Assembly: GCA_963741945.1 (NCBI GenBank)
Contig: CAVUKA010000003.1
Location: forward strand, 128,001-192,000
Source: an uncultured Gemmatimonadales bacterium
GTDB taxonomy: Bacteria > Gemmatimonadota > Gemmatimonadetes > Longimicrobiales > RSA9
Length of the DNA stretch: 64,000 nt
Direction: 5' to 3'
Part shown: positions 1 through 10,800 of the stretch, piece by piece
Position numbering within the stretch: the stretch's first letter is position 1
How the letters are laid out: each line of letters opens with the position of its first letter
Notes under the pieces: generated by a model
Told to the model about the DNA's origin: nothing
Databases searched by the model: none
Seen by the model: the letters and a program-made list of their open reading frames with translations, nothing else
Made by a program: the position numbers and the translations under genes

Positions 1-33
1 CACCTGGTCCAGTACCTCCTGACCCTCAAGTAG
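1..33 (+). CDS. C-terminal fragment of upstream gene, probably NorC (cytochrome c subunit of cNOR)
   Basis: Frame reads HLVQYLLTLK-stop(TAG 31-33), resembling a cytochrome c C-terminal helix, 12 nt before norB. Identity is inferred from position only. Confidence 0.45.
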   Translation, partial: HLVQYLLTLK

Positions 34-45
34 AGAGAGAAGACC

Positions 46-1413
46 GTGCGCTACCGCAGTCAGGCCGTTTCGTACTGGTACTTCGTCGTCGCGCTCCTCC
101 TCTTCGGGCTGCAGATGGTGTTCGGTCTGCTGTCGGCGGTGAAGTACCTGGGACCCGACCCCCTGCTCCACGTGCTCCCCTTCGACGTGACGAAGGAGAT
201 GCACACGAACCTTCTGATCGTGTGGGTCCTGACCGGGTTCATGGGATCGGCGTTCTTCCTGGTCCCGGAGGAGTCGCGGACCGAGCTGTACAGCCCCCGG
301 CTCGCCTATATCCAGCTGGGCATATGGACCGCGGGTGGTGTGGCCATCCTGACCGGCTACCTCTTCGGTTGGACGGCCGGGAACAAGTTCCTGGAGCAGC
401 CGTTCCCGCTCAAGCTGGTGATCGTGGCCGTCATGCTGATGTTCATGTACAACCTGGGCATGACCATCTGGAAAGCGGGCCGCTGGACCACCACGGAAGC
501 GGTGATGGTGGCGGGGCTCGTTTTCTCGGCGCTGCTCTATCTGCCCTCCCTGTTCACGTTCCACAACCTGACCGTCCAGCTTTTCTATCGCTGGTGGACG
601 GTGCACCTGTGGGTGGAAGGTGTGTGGGAGATGATCCAGGGCGGTCTCCTGGCCTACCTGCTGATCCGCCTGTCCGGCGCGGACAGGGAGGTCATGGAGA
701 AGTGGCTGTACGTGATCGTGGGGCTCACCTTCATCGCCGGCATTCTCGGCACGGCCCACCATTACTACTGGCTCGGCGTTCCCCATTACTGGCTTCCCAT
801 CGGCGGGATCTTCAGCGCGCTGGAGCCGCTGGCATTCCTCGGCATGGCCGCATACGCATACGGGGCCATGCGCCGGAGCGGATTCTCCCATCCCAACCGG
901 CTCGCGGTCCACTGGACGGTGGGCAGTGCCATCTTCTCGGCACTGGGCGCCGGCATTCTGGGGCTGGCCCACACGTGGCCCGCGGTGAACAAGTGGACGC
1001 ACGGCACCCAGATCACGCCCATGCACGGGCACATGGCGTTCTTCGGCGCCTACGTCATGATCGTGCTGGCGCTCATCACCTATGCCATGCCGTCTCTCAC
1101 CGGCCGCGCGGAAGAGGATTCCTACAACGCTGTGGGCGTCTGGGCGTTCTGGCTCCAGGTGGCAGGAATGTTCGGCATGACCATGGCCTTCGCGGCCGCC
1201 GGCGTCGCGCAGACCTACCTCGAGCGGATCATCGGCATCGGCTTCCTCCCGACGCAGGACAAGATCCGGGTACACTTCCTCATGCTCGTGGGCACGGGCA
1301 CGATCTTCGTCATCGGGGTGGCGCTGTACCTGTACGACTTCTTCTTCCTCAGCGGGTCGCTCAAGGCGGCGCCCGCGGATGAGCCGGAGCCCGAGCCGGT
1401 GACGGCGGCATGA
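46..1413 (+). CDS. norB: Nitric oxide reductase large subunit (cNOR, heme-copper oxidase superfamily)
   Basis: 455-aa polytopic membrane protein with [34 protein letters not shown] and [10 protein letters not shown] motifs. It lacks the long qNOR N-terminal domain and is followed by norQ/norD. GTG start. Confidence 0.93.
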   Translation: MRYRSQAVSYWYFVVALLLFGLQMVFGLLSAVKYLGPDPLLHVLPFDVTKEMHTNLLIVWVLTGFMGSAFFLVPEESRTELYSPRLAYIQLGIWTAGGVAILTGYLFGWTAGNKFLEQPFPLKLVIVAVMLMFMYNLGMTIWKAGRWTTTEAVMVAGLVFSALLYLPSLFTFHNLTVQLFYRWWTVHLWVEGVWEMIQGGLLAYLLIRLSGADREVMEKWLYVIVGLTFIAGILGTAHHYYWLGVPHYWLPIGGIFSALEPLAFLGMAAYAYGAMRRSGFSHPNRLAVHWTVGSAIFSALGAGILGLAHTWPAVNKWTHGTQITPMHGHMAFFGAYVMIVLALITYAMPSLTGRAEEDSYNAVGVWAFWLQVAGMFGMTMAFAAAGVAQTYLERIIGIGFLPTQDKIRVHFLMLVGTGTIFVIGVALYLYDFFFLSGSLKAAPADEPEPEPVTAA

Positions 1414-2312
1414 AGGCGGCCGCGAACGGGACCGCCGCCCGCAACGGAAGCCGGCGTGGGGATCAGCGTTCCGATGGCGCAGGGGAGCAGGCCGGGCGCC
1501 GGGCGGGGGAAGCGATCGGTGGCCTGCGCTGGCCGGGTGAGGGGGCGCCCTACTATGAAGCGGTGGGCGATGAGGTCGCCATCTTCGAGAGAGCGCACGA
1601 GCAGGGGCTGGCGGTGATGCTCAAGGGGCCCACGGGGTGCGGCAAGACCCGCTTCGTGGAGCACATGGCATGGCGGCTGAAGCGGCCGCTGGTCACCGTC
1701 GCCTGTCATGACGACCTGTCGGCCAGTGACCTCACCGGCCGCTTCCTGGTCCGCGATGGGGAGACGGTGTGGCAGGACGGTCCGCTCACGCGCGCAGTCC
1801 GGCAAGGCGCCATCTGCTACCTGGACGAGGTGGTGGAGGCGCGTCAGGACACCGTCGTGGTGATCCATCCGCTGACCGATGACCGACGGATGCTGCCGCT
1901 GGACCGGACGGGCGAGATCCTCGACGCCGCGCCCGGCTTTCAGCTGGTGATCTCCTACAATCCGGGGTACCAGCACCTGCTGAAGGACCTGAAGGCCAGC
2001 ACCCGCCAGCGTTTCGTCTCGCTCCAGTTCGACTTTCCCCCGCCCGAGGTGGAGCGCCGGGTCGTACAGCGAGAGGCGGGAGTGGATCGGGCCACCGCCA
2101 CGATGCTCGTGCAGCTGGCCACGCGCATCCGCAGCCTACGGGATCGAGGACTGGCGGAGGTGCCGAGCAGTCGGCTGCTGGTGGCGACCGGTCGCCTGAT
2201 CGCGGCCGGCATCGAACCTCGCACCGCCTGTGCGGTCGCACTGGTCGCGCCGCTCTCCGATGACCCCGACCTGCTCGCGGCCATGGACGACGTCGTCGTC
2301 GCCAGCCTCTGA
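1410..2312 (+). CDS. norQ: NorQ/NirQ/CbbQ family MoxR-like AAA+ ATPase
   Basis: Walker [37 protein letters not shown] and STRQRF motifs; ATGA overlap with the norB stop. The first ~40 aa are low-complexity. Confidence 0.93.
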   Translation: MKAAANGTAARNGSRRGDQRSDGAGEQAGRRAGEAIGGLRWPGEGAPYYEAVGDEVAIFERAHEQGLAVMLKGPTGCGKTRFVEHMAWRLKRPLVTVACHDDLSASDLTGRFLVRDGETVWQDGPLTRAVRQGAICYLDEVVEARQDTVVVIHPLTDDRRMLPLDRTGEILDAAPGFQLVISYNPGYQHLLKDLKASTRQRFVSLQFDFPPPEVERRVVQREAGVDRATATMLVQLATRIRSLRDRGLAEVPSSRLLVATGRLIAAGIEPRTACAVALVAPLSDDPDLLAAMDDVVVASL

Positions 2313-2327
2313 GCCCGGGACCGGCGA

Positions 2328-4334
2328 GTGTCCGAGCCCGAAGAAGTCATCATCGAGGCCGCCCACGCGGTTACGGGCGTCGCCGCCCGCGTCTGGCGGA
2401 GTCAATCGCGGCTGGCGCGGCCGGATTCGCTGCGCCTCGAGGACGTGCGCAGCCGGCTCGAGGTGGTGCTCCACGCCCTCTTCCGTCACCCGTTCCATCT
2501 CGAGCCCGCTGAGCCCCCGCTGGCGCCCAACCTCTTCCGCCGCATCGCCGGCCGCATCCCGCACCACCTGGCCCGCCCGGCTCTCGTGGCCTGGAATGAT
2601 GGTGACCGGCTGGCGCTGCCGCCCGAGATCCCCCGCCGTGCCCCGGGCTCCGATGCACCGCTCGCCCGCTATCGGCTCCTCGCCATCCAGCAGGCGGCGA
2701 GGATCCGGCGGGGGACCGCTGCCGTGGCGACCCGGGCTCCTTCCCTGCTCACCCGGGACCTCTTCCTCCTGGCCGAGGCGCGGGCTGTCGACCTCGCCCT
2801 CGCCCGCGACTTCCCCGGCCTCCTCGGCGGCCTGGATGCCGCCCGCAGCGCCAGCGCCCGACAGATCGCCAGCGAGCGTGCGGCCGCGCTCTCCGCTCCC
2901 GAGCAGTGGCTCCGCCAGCTCAGAGGCGAGGTCCTGTCGAAGGACGCCGCCGACCCGGACGGCCCCATCCCCGTGCTCGCTTCGCCGGAGGAGGCGCTGC
3001 ACTGGGCCCTGGACCACACCGCCCGGGCCCCTGACCCCGACGACTATCGCGGGCTCCCCGCCGTTCCGATCTGGGGTGATGTCCGCGCGCCGTCCTCGAT
3101 CCGGGGAGAGCCGGGCGAAGCCTCGCCCGAGGGCGCCGCGTCGAAGCGCACGACCACGCTCCGACGCCGGCCGCAGGTCCGCCCGGCCCGCCCCGACGAG
3201 GATGACGAGCGTCCCGGCATTTGGGGCTTCCCGCACGATGACCCCCAGGAGAGCGTCGAGGATCCCATGGGCCTCCAGCGCCCGGCAGACCGTGACGCCG
3301 ACGCCGACACCGACGACCTCGCCGATGCGTTCTCCGACCTCCCGGAGGCACGCCTCATCCGCACGCCGGGCGAGCCCGCCGAGGTGCTCCGCGGTCCGGC
3401 GCCGCTGCGGCTGCTCCGTGACGCCGCCCGGACGCCGGCGGCCACCGGCGTCGCATACCCCGAGTGGGACTACCGCGAGGAATCCTACGTGGAGCCGGGC
3501 GCTGTGGTCCGCATCCGGGACGCGGGTGAGATCGACGCGGATTGGGCCGCCTCCGCCCTGCACCGGCAGCGGCGGCTGCTGCTGCAGGTCCGACGCCGCT
3601 TCGAGCGCCTGCGCCTCGAGCGCGTCCATATCGACCGGCAGCCCGACGGCCCGGACGTCGACATCGCCGCGTACGTCCGCGCATTCGCCGATCAGGCGGC
3701 CGGCGGCGTGGTCGACGACCGGTTCTACCGCGACGTCCGCCGATCGCGACGCGAGCTGGCGCTCATGCTCCTCGTGGACGTGAGCGCGTCCACCGATTCA
3801 TGGGTGAGCGGGGGCCAGCGCATCATCGACGTGGAGAAGGACTCCCTCCTCCTGGTGGCGGAGGCGCTCTCCGCCCTGCGCGAGCGTTTCGCCATCCTCT
3901 CCTTCTCCGGCGCGGGCCCCGAGCACGTGGTGGTGCGTCGGATCCAGGATTTCGACGAGCCCACCGGCGAGGCCGTCCATGCCCGCATCGGTGGACTTCA
4001 CCCCGAGCGCTTCACGCGCGTGGGCGCGGCTCTCCGCCACGCTACCGCCCGCTTGAGTCGGGAGCCGGCACGGCATCGTGTCCTCCTGCTCATCTCCGAC
4101 GGCAAGCCCAACGACGACGATGTCTACGAGACCCGCTACGGCGTCGAGGACACCCGCCAGGCCGTGGCCGAGGCTCGCCTCCAGGGCATCCACCCGTTCT
4201 GCATCACCGTGGACCGCGACGCCTCCGCCTATCTGCCGCGCATGTTTGGGCCCGACAGCTACGCCGTCATCCGGCATCCCGCCCGCCTCCCGCACATCCT
4301 GGTCGACTTCGTCCGCCAGCTCCACACGCGCTGA
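2328..4334 (+). CDS. norD: NorD family nitric oxide reductase activation protein (C-terminal VWA domain)
   Basis: YPEWDY, MIDAS DVSAST, TRVGAALRHA, LISDGKPND and YGVEDTRQAV motifs; follows norQ. GTG start. Confidence 0.88.
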   Translation: MSEPEEVIIEAAHAVTGVAARVWRSQSRLARPDSLRLEDVRSRLEVVLHALFRHPFHLEPAEPPLAPNLFRRIAGRIPHHLARPALVAWNDGDRLALPPEIPRRAPGSDAPLARYRLLAIQQAARIRRGTAAVATRAPSLLTRDLFLLAEARAVDLALARDFPGLLGGLDAARSASARQIASERAAALSAPEQWLRQLRGEVLSKDAADPDGPIPVLASPEEALHWALDHTARAPDPDDYRGLPAVPIWGDVRAPSSIRGEPGEASPEGAASKRTTTLRRRPQVRPARPDEDDERPGIWGFPHDDPQESVEDPMGLQRPADRDADADTDDLADAFSDLPEARLIRTPGEPAEVLRGPAPLRLLRDAARTPAATGVAYPEWDYREESYVEPGAVVRIRDAGEIDADWAASALHRQRRLLLQVRRRFERLRLERVHIDRQPDGPDVDIAAYVRAFADQAAGGVVDDRFYRDVRRSRRELALMLLVDVSASTDSWVSGGQRIIDVEKDSLLLVAEALSALRERFAILSFSGAGPEHVVVRRIQDFDEPTGEAVHARIGGLHPERFTRVGAALRHATARLSREPARHRVLLLISDGKPNDDDVYETRYGVEDTRQAVAEARLQGIHPFCITVDRDASAYLPRMFGPDSYAVIRHPARLPHILVDFVRQLHTR

Positions 4335-4350
4335 CCCCGCCACCCTGACG

Positions 4351-4409
4351 GGCCCGGCCGTTGCCCCCTCCGCGCCGCTGCGCGCTCGGAATGGAACTTG
4401 CCCCCTCCG
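4351..4409 (+). promoter_or_regulatory. Two tandem sigma54-like -24/-12 elements sharing a 12-bp direct repeat
   Basis: GG-CCCGGCCGTT-GC (4351-4364) and GG-AATGGAACTT-GC (4388-4401). TTGCCCCCTCCG is repeated at 4361-4372 and 4398-4409, upstream of the ASRT operon. Confidence 0.35.
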
Positions 4410-4511
4410 TAGCCGGACGAGCGGGCACCGACTCCCCCACCAGATCGCCGACGGGCAGGGCGGGAAGCCGGGCTCGCGACCCCGTGGATCCTCGGGTGGA
4501 GGCGGACCGTC

Positions 4512-4898
4512 ATGGCACGTGCAGTCGGATCGAAGGTCTGGGCGATCGCGGAAGGATACATTCCCGACTGGAGCAACGGGCCCGAGCCCCAGATGACCTC
4601 GCACGAGACCGCCTGCCTCCTCAACACCACCGACCACGACGCCGAAGTCCGGATCACCCTCTACTTCTCCGATCGGGAGCCCGTCGGGCCGTACATCATC
4701 CCGCTCCCCGCCCGGCGAACGAAGCACGTCCGCTTCAACGAGCTGGAAGAGCCGGAGCCGGTCCCCCGCGCCACGGACTACGCCAGCGTCATCGAATCCG
4801 ATGTGCCGATCGTCGTCCAGCACTCCCGGTTGGACTCCCGCCAGGCCGAGAACGCCCTGCTCAGCACCATCGCATACGCCGACTCGAACCCCACATAG
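4512..4898 (+). CDS. Anabaena sensory rhodopsin transducer (ASRT) family protein
   Basis: 128 aa with WAIAEGYIP, SHETACLLN, ARRTKHVRFNEL and ESDVPIVVQHSRLDSRQ motifs typical of the family; GGAGG RBS upstream. Confidence 0.85.
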   Translation: MARAVGSKVWAIAEGYIPDWSNGPEPQMTSHETACLLNTTDHDAEVRITLYFSDREPVGPYIIPLPARRTKHVRFNELEEPEPVPRATDYASVIESDVPIVVQHSRLDSRQAENALLSTIAYADSNPT

Positions 4899-4902
4899 CG
4901 CC

Positions 4903-6723
4903 ATGAGCCAGACTGTCGCCGATTTCATGCTCGAACGTCTCCACGAATGGGGCATCAGCCGCATCTACGGCTTCCCCGGAGATGGCATCAACGGGATCAT
5001 GGGCGCCCTCGAGCGCGCCGAAGGGACGGAGCGCGAGATGGAGTTCGTCCAGGCGCGCCACGAGGAGCTCGCCGCGTTCATGGCGTGCGCCCACTCCAAG
5101 TTTTCCGGCGAGGTGGGCGTCTGCCTCGCCACCTCGGGGCCCGGCGCCATCCACCTCCTGAACGGGCTCTACGATGCCAACATGGACCACCAGTCGGTGG
5201 TGGCCATCGTCGGCCAGCAGGACAGCAAGGCGCTGGGCGGGGACTACCAGCAGGAGGTCGATCTGGGCGTCCTGTTCAAGGACGTGTCCCATCATTACGT
5301 CCACACATGCGCCAACCCCGCGCAGATGCGGCACCTGGTGGACCGCGCCGTGCGCATCGCGAAAGCCGAGCGCACCGTTACCACGATCATCATCCCGAAC
5401 GACGTCCAGGAGATGCCGGCCGTGCCGACACCCCCACGACAGCACGGCACCGTCCATTCCGGCGTGGGCTACCGCTTCCCGCGCGTGGTCCCGGAGAGCG
5501 ATGATCTCCAGGAGGCGGCGAACATCCTGAACGGGGCGGAGAAGGTGGCCATCCTCGTCGGCGCCGGTGCGCTCGGCGCCACGGAGGAGGTCATGCAGGT
5601 CGCGAACGTGCTCGGGGCCGGCGTGGCGAAGGCGCTCCTCGGAAAGGCCGTCCTCGACGACTCGCTCCCCTACGTCACCGGCTCCATCGGCCTCCTCGGC
5701 ACGCGCCCGAGCTGGAACCTCATGAGCGACTGCGATGGGCTCCTGGTCATCGGCTCCAGCTTCCCCTACTCCGAGTTCCTGCCGAAGGAGGGCCAGGCGA
5801 AGGCGGTCCAGATCGACATCGAGCCGCGCATGCTCGGCCTCCGCTATCCCATGGACGTCAACCTTCACGGCGACGCCAGGGCCACGCTCCAGGAGCTCAT
5901 CCCGCTCCTCGAGGAGAAGGGCGACCGGAGCTGGCGCAAGAAGATCGAGGAGGACGTCGCCGATTGGTGGAACGTGCTGGACGAACGCGCCCGGCGCGAC
6001 GCCGACCCCATCAACCCGCAGCGCGTCTTCTGGGAGCTTTCGCCCAAGCTGCCGCGCGACGTCATCCTCGCCTCCGACTCCGGCTCCTCCGCCAACTGGT
6101 GGGCCCGTGACCTCAAGGTGAAGCCCTCCATGATGGCGTCGCTGTCCGGGAACCTGGCCACCATGGGGCCCGGCGTTCCCTACGTCATCGCCGCCAAGTT
6201 CGCCTGGCCCGGCCGCCCCGCCATCGCCATGGTCGGCGACGGGGCCATGCAGATGAACGGCATCAACGGCCTCATCACCATCGCCAAGTACTGGAAGAGC
6301 TGGGATGACCCGCGGCTCATCATCGGTGTCCTCAACAACCAGGACCTCAACCAGGTCACGTGGGAGCAGCGCGTCCTGGCCGGCGACGCCGAGTACCCCA
6401 TCACCCAGGACGTCCCCGACTTCCACTTCGCCGAGTACGCCCGCCAGCTGGGCCTCGGCGGCACCCGCGTGGAAACCCCCAACCGGATCGCCGATGCCTG
6501 GGACGAGGCGCTCAGCGCGGACCGCCCGTTTGTCGTAGAATTCGTGACGGACCCGAACGTGCCACCGCTGCCTCCGCACATCACGATCCAGCAGGCCCGG
6601 CACTTCTGGAAGTCGATGCTCAAGGGAGACCCGCACATGGTGGGCGTGTTCAAGCAGACGGCCAAGGACATGTTCTCCTCCGTCGCGGGACGCGTGCCCG
6701 GAGTGGGATCGAGCGACGAGTGA
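4903..6723 (+). CDS. Thiamine diphosphate-dependent enzyme, pyruvate oxidase/dehydrogenase (PoxB)-like
   Basis: Start reassigned to ATG 4903 (MSQTVADF). Motifs: YGFPGDGING, QARHEE, TSGPGAIHLLNGLYDA and the ThDP motif GDGAMQMNG...LNN. Confidence 0.9.
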   Translation: MSQTVADFMLERLHEWGISRIYGFPGDGINGIMGALERAEGTEREMEFVQARHEELAAFMACAHSKFSGEVGVCLATSGPGAIHLLNGLYDANMDHQSVVAIVGQQDSKALGGDYQQEVDLGVLFKDVSHHYVHTCANPAQMRHLVDRAVRIAKAERTVTTIIIPNDVQEMPAVPTPPRQHGTVHSGVGYRFPRVVPESDDLQEAANILNGAEKVAILVGAGALGATEEVMQVANVLGAGVAKALLGKAVLDDSLPYVTGSIGLLGTRPSWNLMSDCDGLLVIGSSFPYSEFLPKEGQAKAVQIDIEPRMLGLRYPMDVNLHGDARATLQELIPLLEEKGDRSWRKKIEEDVADWWNVLDERARRDADPINPQRVFWELSPKLPRDVILASDSGSSANWWARDLKVKPSMMASLSGNLATMGPGVPYVIAAKFAWPGRPAIAMVGDGAMQMNGINGLITIAKYWKSWDDPRLIIGVLNNQDLNQVTWEQRVLAGDAEYPITQDVPDFHFAEYARQLGLGGTRVETPNRIADAWDEALSADRPFVVEFVTDPNVPPLPPHITIQQARHFWKSMLKGDPHMVGVFKQTAKDMFSSVAGRVPGVGSSDE

Positions 6724-7829
6724 CGCGCGCGGCCGGAGGCGTGCCCGTCCGGAGCGTTGAGGTGGGCGCCTACACCGTGCCCACCGACGCGCAGCCGGAG
6801 TCCGACGGAACCCTGGCGTGGGACTCCACGACCATCGTGGTCGTGCACGTCCACGCGGGCGACCGTGTGGGGATCGGCTATGTATACAACCACGCCGCAA
6901 CGGCGCGGGTGATCCGTGACAAGCTCGCGGGCATCGTCGAGGGGATGGACGCGCTGGACACCGGACGCTGCTGGGACGCCATGCGGGCGGCAGTCCGGAA
7001 CATGGGCAGTCGCGGCATCGCATCGGCGGCGTACTCGGCGCTGGACATGGCGCTCTGGGACGTCAAGGCCAAGCTCTTCGAGGTGGCGCTGGTTTCACTG
7101 CTCGGAGCCCGGCGCGACGCCGCCCCCATATACGGGAGTGGCGGCTTCACGTCCTACACCATCGAGCAGCTCCGCGACCAGCTCGGGCGATGGGTGCACG
7201 GGTCGGGGATCCCGCGGGTCAAGATGAAGATCGGCCGCGAGCCGTCGCAGGACCCGACGCGGGTGGCCGAGGCGCGGGACGCCATCGGCCCCGCCGCCGA
7301 GCTGTTCGTGGACGCCAATGGCGCGTACGACCGGCGTCAGGCGCTGGCGCTGGCCGCCCGCTTCGCGGAGCAGGACGTGACGTGGTTCGAGGAGCCCGTG
7401 AGCTCCGACGACCGGGACGGGCTCCGCTTCATCCGCGAGCGCACCCCGGCCGCCATGCGGGTCACCGCCGGCGAGTACGGCTGGAGCGAGTTCCACTTCC
7501 GCGACATGTTGCGGGACGGTGCCGTGGACGTGCTTCAGCCCGATGCCACCCGCTGCGGCGGGTACACCGGCTTCCTGCGCGTCGCGCACCTGTGCGCGGC
7601 CTGGAACACGCCCATCTCGGCCCACACGGCGCCCCAGATCCACGCCCACGTCGCGTGCGCGGCGCCCGGGCTCCTGCACCTGGAGTACTTCCACGACCAT
7701 GATCGGATCGAGCACATGTTCTTCGACGGCGTGCTCGAGCCGGAGGGCGGCGCGCTGCGCCCGGACCGATCCAGGCCTGGAAACGGACTGCACTTCAAGG
7801 GAGAGGACGCGGAGCGCTTCCGCGCCTGA
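6720..7829 (+). CDS. Enolase superfamily enzyme, mandelate racemase subgroup (probable acid-sugar dehydratase/racemase)
   Basis: GTG 6720 overlaps the upstream TGA. KxK motif (VKMKIG), metal ligands DANG / WFEEP / AGEY, and QPD plus SAHT forming the His-Asp dyad. Confidence 0.87.
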   Translation: MTRAAGGVPVRSVEVGAYTVPTDAQPESDGTLAWDSTTIVVVHVHAGDRVGIGYVYNHAATARVIRDKLAGIVEGMDALDTGRCWDAMRAAVRNMGSRGIASAAYSALDMALWDVKAKLFEVALVSLLGARRDAAPIYGSGGFTSYTIEQLRDQLGRWVHGSGIPRVKMKIGREPSQDPTRVAEARDAIGPAAELFVDANGAYDRRQALALAARFAEQDVTWFEEPVSSDDRDGLRFIRERTPAAMRVTAGEYGWSEFHFRDMLRDGAVDVLQPDATRCGGYTGFLRVAHLCAAWNTPISAHTAPQIHAHVACAAPGLLHLEYFHDHDRIEHMFFDGVLEPEGGALRPDRSRPGNGLHFKGEDAERFRA

Positions 7830-7852
7830 GGCCAACATAGAAGGGACCTACC

Positions 7853-10800
7853 ATGGCGACACTGATCCGGTCGGGACAGCCGACGCGCCCCAGCCACTCC
7901 GGCGGAGCTGCGGCCATCGAAGCCACGGACCTCGAGCGGGCGCTGCGCGCGGTGATCAAGGGCGAGGTTCGCTTTGACAGCCAGGCGCGGGCCATGTATC
8001 AGACCGACGCGTCCAGCTACCGTCAGATCCCTGTCGGCGTGGTGCTCCCCCGCGACGCCGAGGACGTCAGGAACACGGTCCGCCTCGCCCGCGAGCACCG
8101 CGCCCCCATACTCGGCCGCGGCGGCGGCACCAGCCTGGCCGGCCAGTGCTGCAACGCGGCCGTCGTGCTCGACTTCTCGAAGTACATGAACCAGGTCCTG
8201 GAGGTGAACGTTCAGGAGAAGTGGGCGCGCGTTCAGCCGGGGACCGTTCTCGATCACCTCCGTGATGCCATCGAGGGCACGGGACTGACCTACGGACCCG
8301 ACCCCGCCACCCACAGCCGCTGCACCCTGGGCGGCATGATCGGCAACAACTCGTGCGGAATCCATTCGGTGCAGGCGCAGCATTACGGCCCTGGCCCGCG
8401 CACCGAGGACCAGGTGCTCGAGCTCACGATCCTGACCTACGATGGTGAGGTGCTCACTGTCGGTCCCACCAGCGATGACGAGATGGAGCGCATCATCGCG
8501 GGCGGCGGCCGGCGCGGCGAGATCTATCGCGGCCTCCGTGACCTGCGCGACCGCTACGCAGACGAGATCCGCGCCCGCTACCCGGACATTCCCCGCCGGG
8601 TCTCGGGCTACAACCTCCCGTCGCTCCTGCCGGAGAACGGGTTCGACGTGGCAAAGGCGGTGGTCGGCTCCGAGAGCACGTGCGTGCTCGTGCTGGAGGC
8701 CAAGGTCCGCCTCATCGACAATCCGCCGAAGCGCGCGCTCCTGATCATCGGTTACACCGACATCTATCACGCGGCCGACCACGTGATGGAGATCCAGAAG
8801 TACAAGCCGCTGGGGCTCGAGGGCATCGATGATGACCTGACGCAGTACATGAAGCTGAAGAAGCTGCACACCAAGCAGCTGAGGTACATGCCCGAGGGGC
8901 ACGGCTGGCTGTTCGTCGAGTTTGGCGGCGACACCACGGAGGAGGCCGAGTCCCGCGCGCGCTCCGCCATGGCGGAGCTGGAAGGGACGAGCGAGCACCT
9001 GCGGGAGATGAGGCTGTACACCGACGAGGAAGTCCAGCACCAGGTCTGGCAGGTCCGGGAGTCCGGGCTCGGGGCGACGGCGTTCGTACCGGGAATGCCC
9101 AGCGCGTGGGAGGGGTGGGAGGACGCGGCCGTTCCCCCCGAGCACGTGGGCGCATACCTGCGCGATTTCCGGGCCCTGATGCAGAAGTACGACTACACGG
9201 CCGCGCTGTACGGCCACTTCGGGCAGGGATGCGTGCACTGCCGCATCACCTTCGACTACGAGACCCGCAAGGGGCTCGACCAGTACCTCGCCTTCATCAA
9301 TGAGGCCGCCGATCTCGTCCTCAGCTACGGCGGATCCCTGTCCGGCGAGCACGGCGACGGCCAGAGTCGCGGCTCGCTCCTGCCGAAGATGTTCGGTGAG
9401 GAGCTGATGGAAGCGTTCCGCGAGTTCAAGCGGATCTGGGATCCGGAGTGGATGATGAACCCGGGGAAGGTGGTGGACGCCTATCCGCCCGACTCCAACC
9501 AGTTTTTCGGCGTGGACTACAACCCCGGGAACGTGAAGACCCACTTCAACTTCCCCCACGACAAGTTCGCGTTCCAGAACGCCACCATCCGGTGCGTGGG
9601 CGTGGGCAAGTGCCGGCGGACCGACGGCGGAACCATGTGCCCGTCGTACATGGTCACGCGCGATGAAAAGGATTCCACGCGCGGGCGGGCACGGCTGCTC
9701 TACGAGATGCTCAGGGGCGACGTCATTCACGACGGGTGGAAGAGCGAGGAAGTGAAGGACGCCCTGGACCTCTGTCTGTCGTGCAAGGGGTGCAAGGGCG
9801 ACTGCCCCGTGAACGTGGACATGGCCACATACAAGGCCGAGTTCCTGTCGCACTACTACGAGGGCCGGCTGCGGCCGCGCTACGCGTATTCCATGGGACT
9901 CATCGACTGGTGGGCGCGCGCCGCCCAGGTCTCCCCCGCCCTGGTCAACTGGGTCATGAGCGCGCCGGGGCTGTCGACCGTGGTGAAGAAGATCGGCGGC
10001 ATCGCCACGCAGCGGGACATGCCGCCGTTCGCCGAGCAGACGTTCCGCCAGTGGATGGACGTGCGCGGCCCTTCCACGGTCGAGGGCCGGCGCGTGATTG
10101 TCTGGCCGGACACGTTCAACAACTACTTCCACCCCGAGATCGGCCGCGCCACGGTGGAAGTCCTCGAGGGCGCGGGCTTCCACCCGGTGCTCCCGGATGA
10201 ACAGATCGCCACCGGGCGCGCGCTCTACGATTATGGCATGTTGCGCCTGGCGAAGCGGCAGCTCCGGCGCATCATGGACGAGCTGCGCGAAGAGATCCGC
10301 GATGGCACCCCCATCATCGGCATGGAGCCCAGCGTGGTTTCCGTCTTCCGCGACGAGCTCCTCAACCTCTATCCCCATGACAAGGACGCGGAGCGGCTGA
10401 GCAAGCAGACGTACATGCTGACCGAGTTCCTCGACCGCTACGGCGACGATGTGGACCTCGGCAGCCTCTCGGGCGAGCACGCCATCGTCCACGGCCACTG
10501 TCATCACAAGTCCGTGCTTGACTTCGACAGCGAGCGGCACATCCTCGATCGCCTCGGGATCGACTACGAGGTCCTGGAATCCGGCTGCTGCGGCATGGCC
10601 GGCTCCTTCGGCTTCGAGGAGGGCCACTTCGATGTCTCCCAGGCCGCCGCCGAACGCGTCCTGCTGCCCGCCGTCCGCAAGGCGGACCCGCGCACCCTCG
10701 TGATCACGGACGGGTTCTCCTGTCGCGAGATGCTGGAGCAGAACCGTCTGAGGCGGCCGCTCCATACCGCCGAAGTGATCCACATGGCCATGGAACGGTC

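Noticed and set aside
7535-10783. 1082-aa antisense ORF (similarly 4861-7023, 21465-23684, 31203-34118, 51140-54304, 53826-56543)
   Set aside because: These are shadow frames opposite well-supported genes, expected from GC-rich codon bias, and carry no protein motifs.
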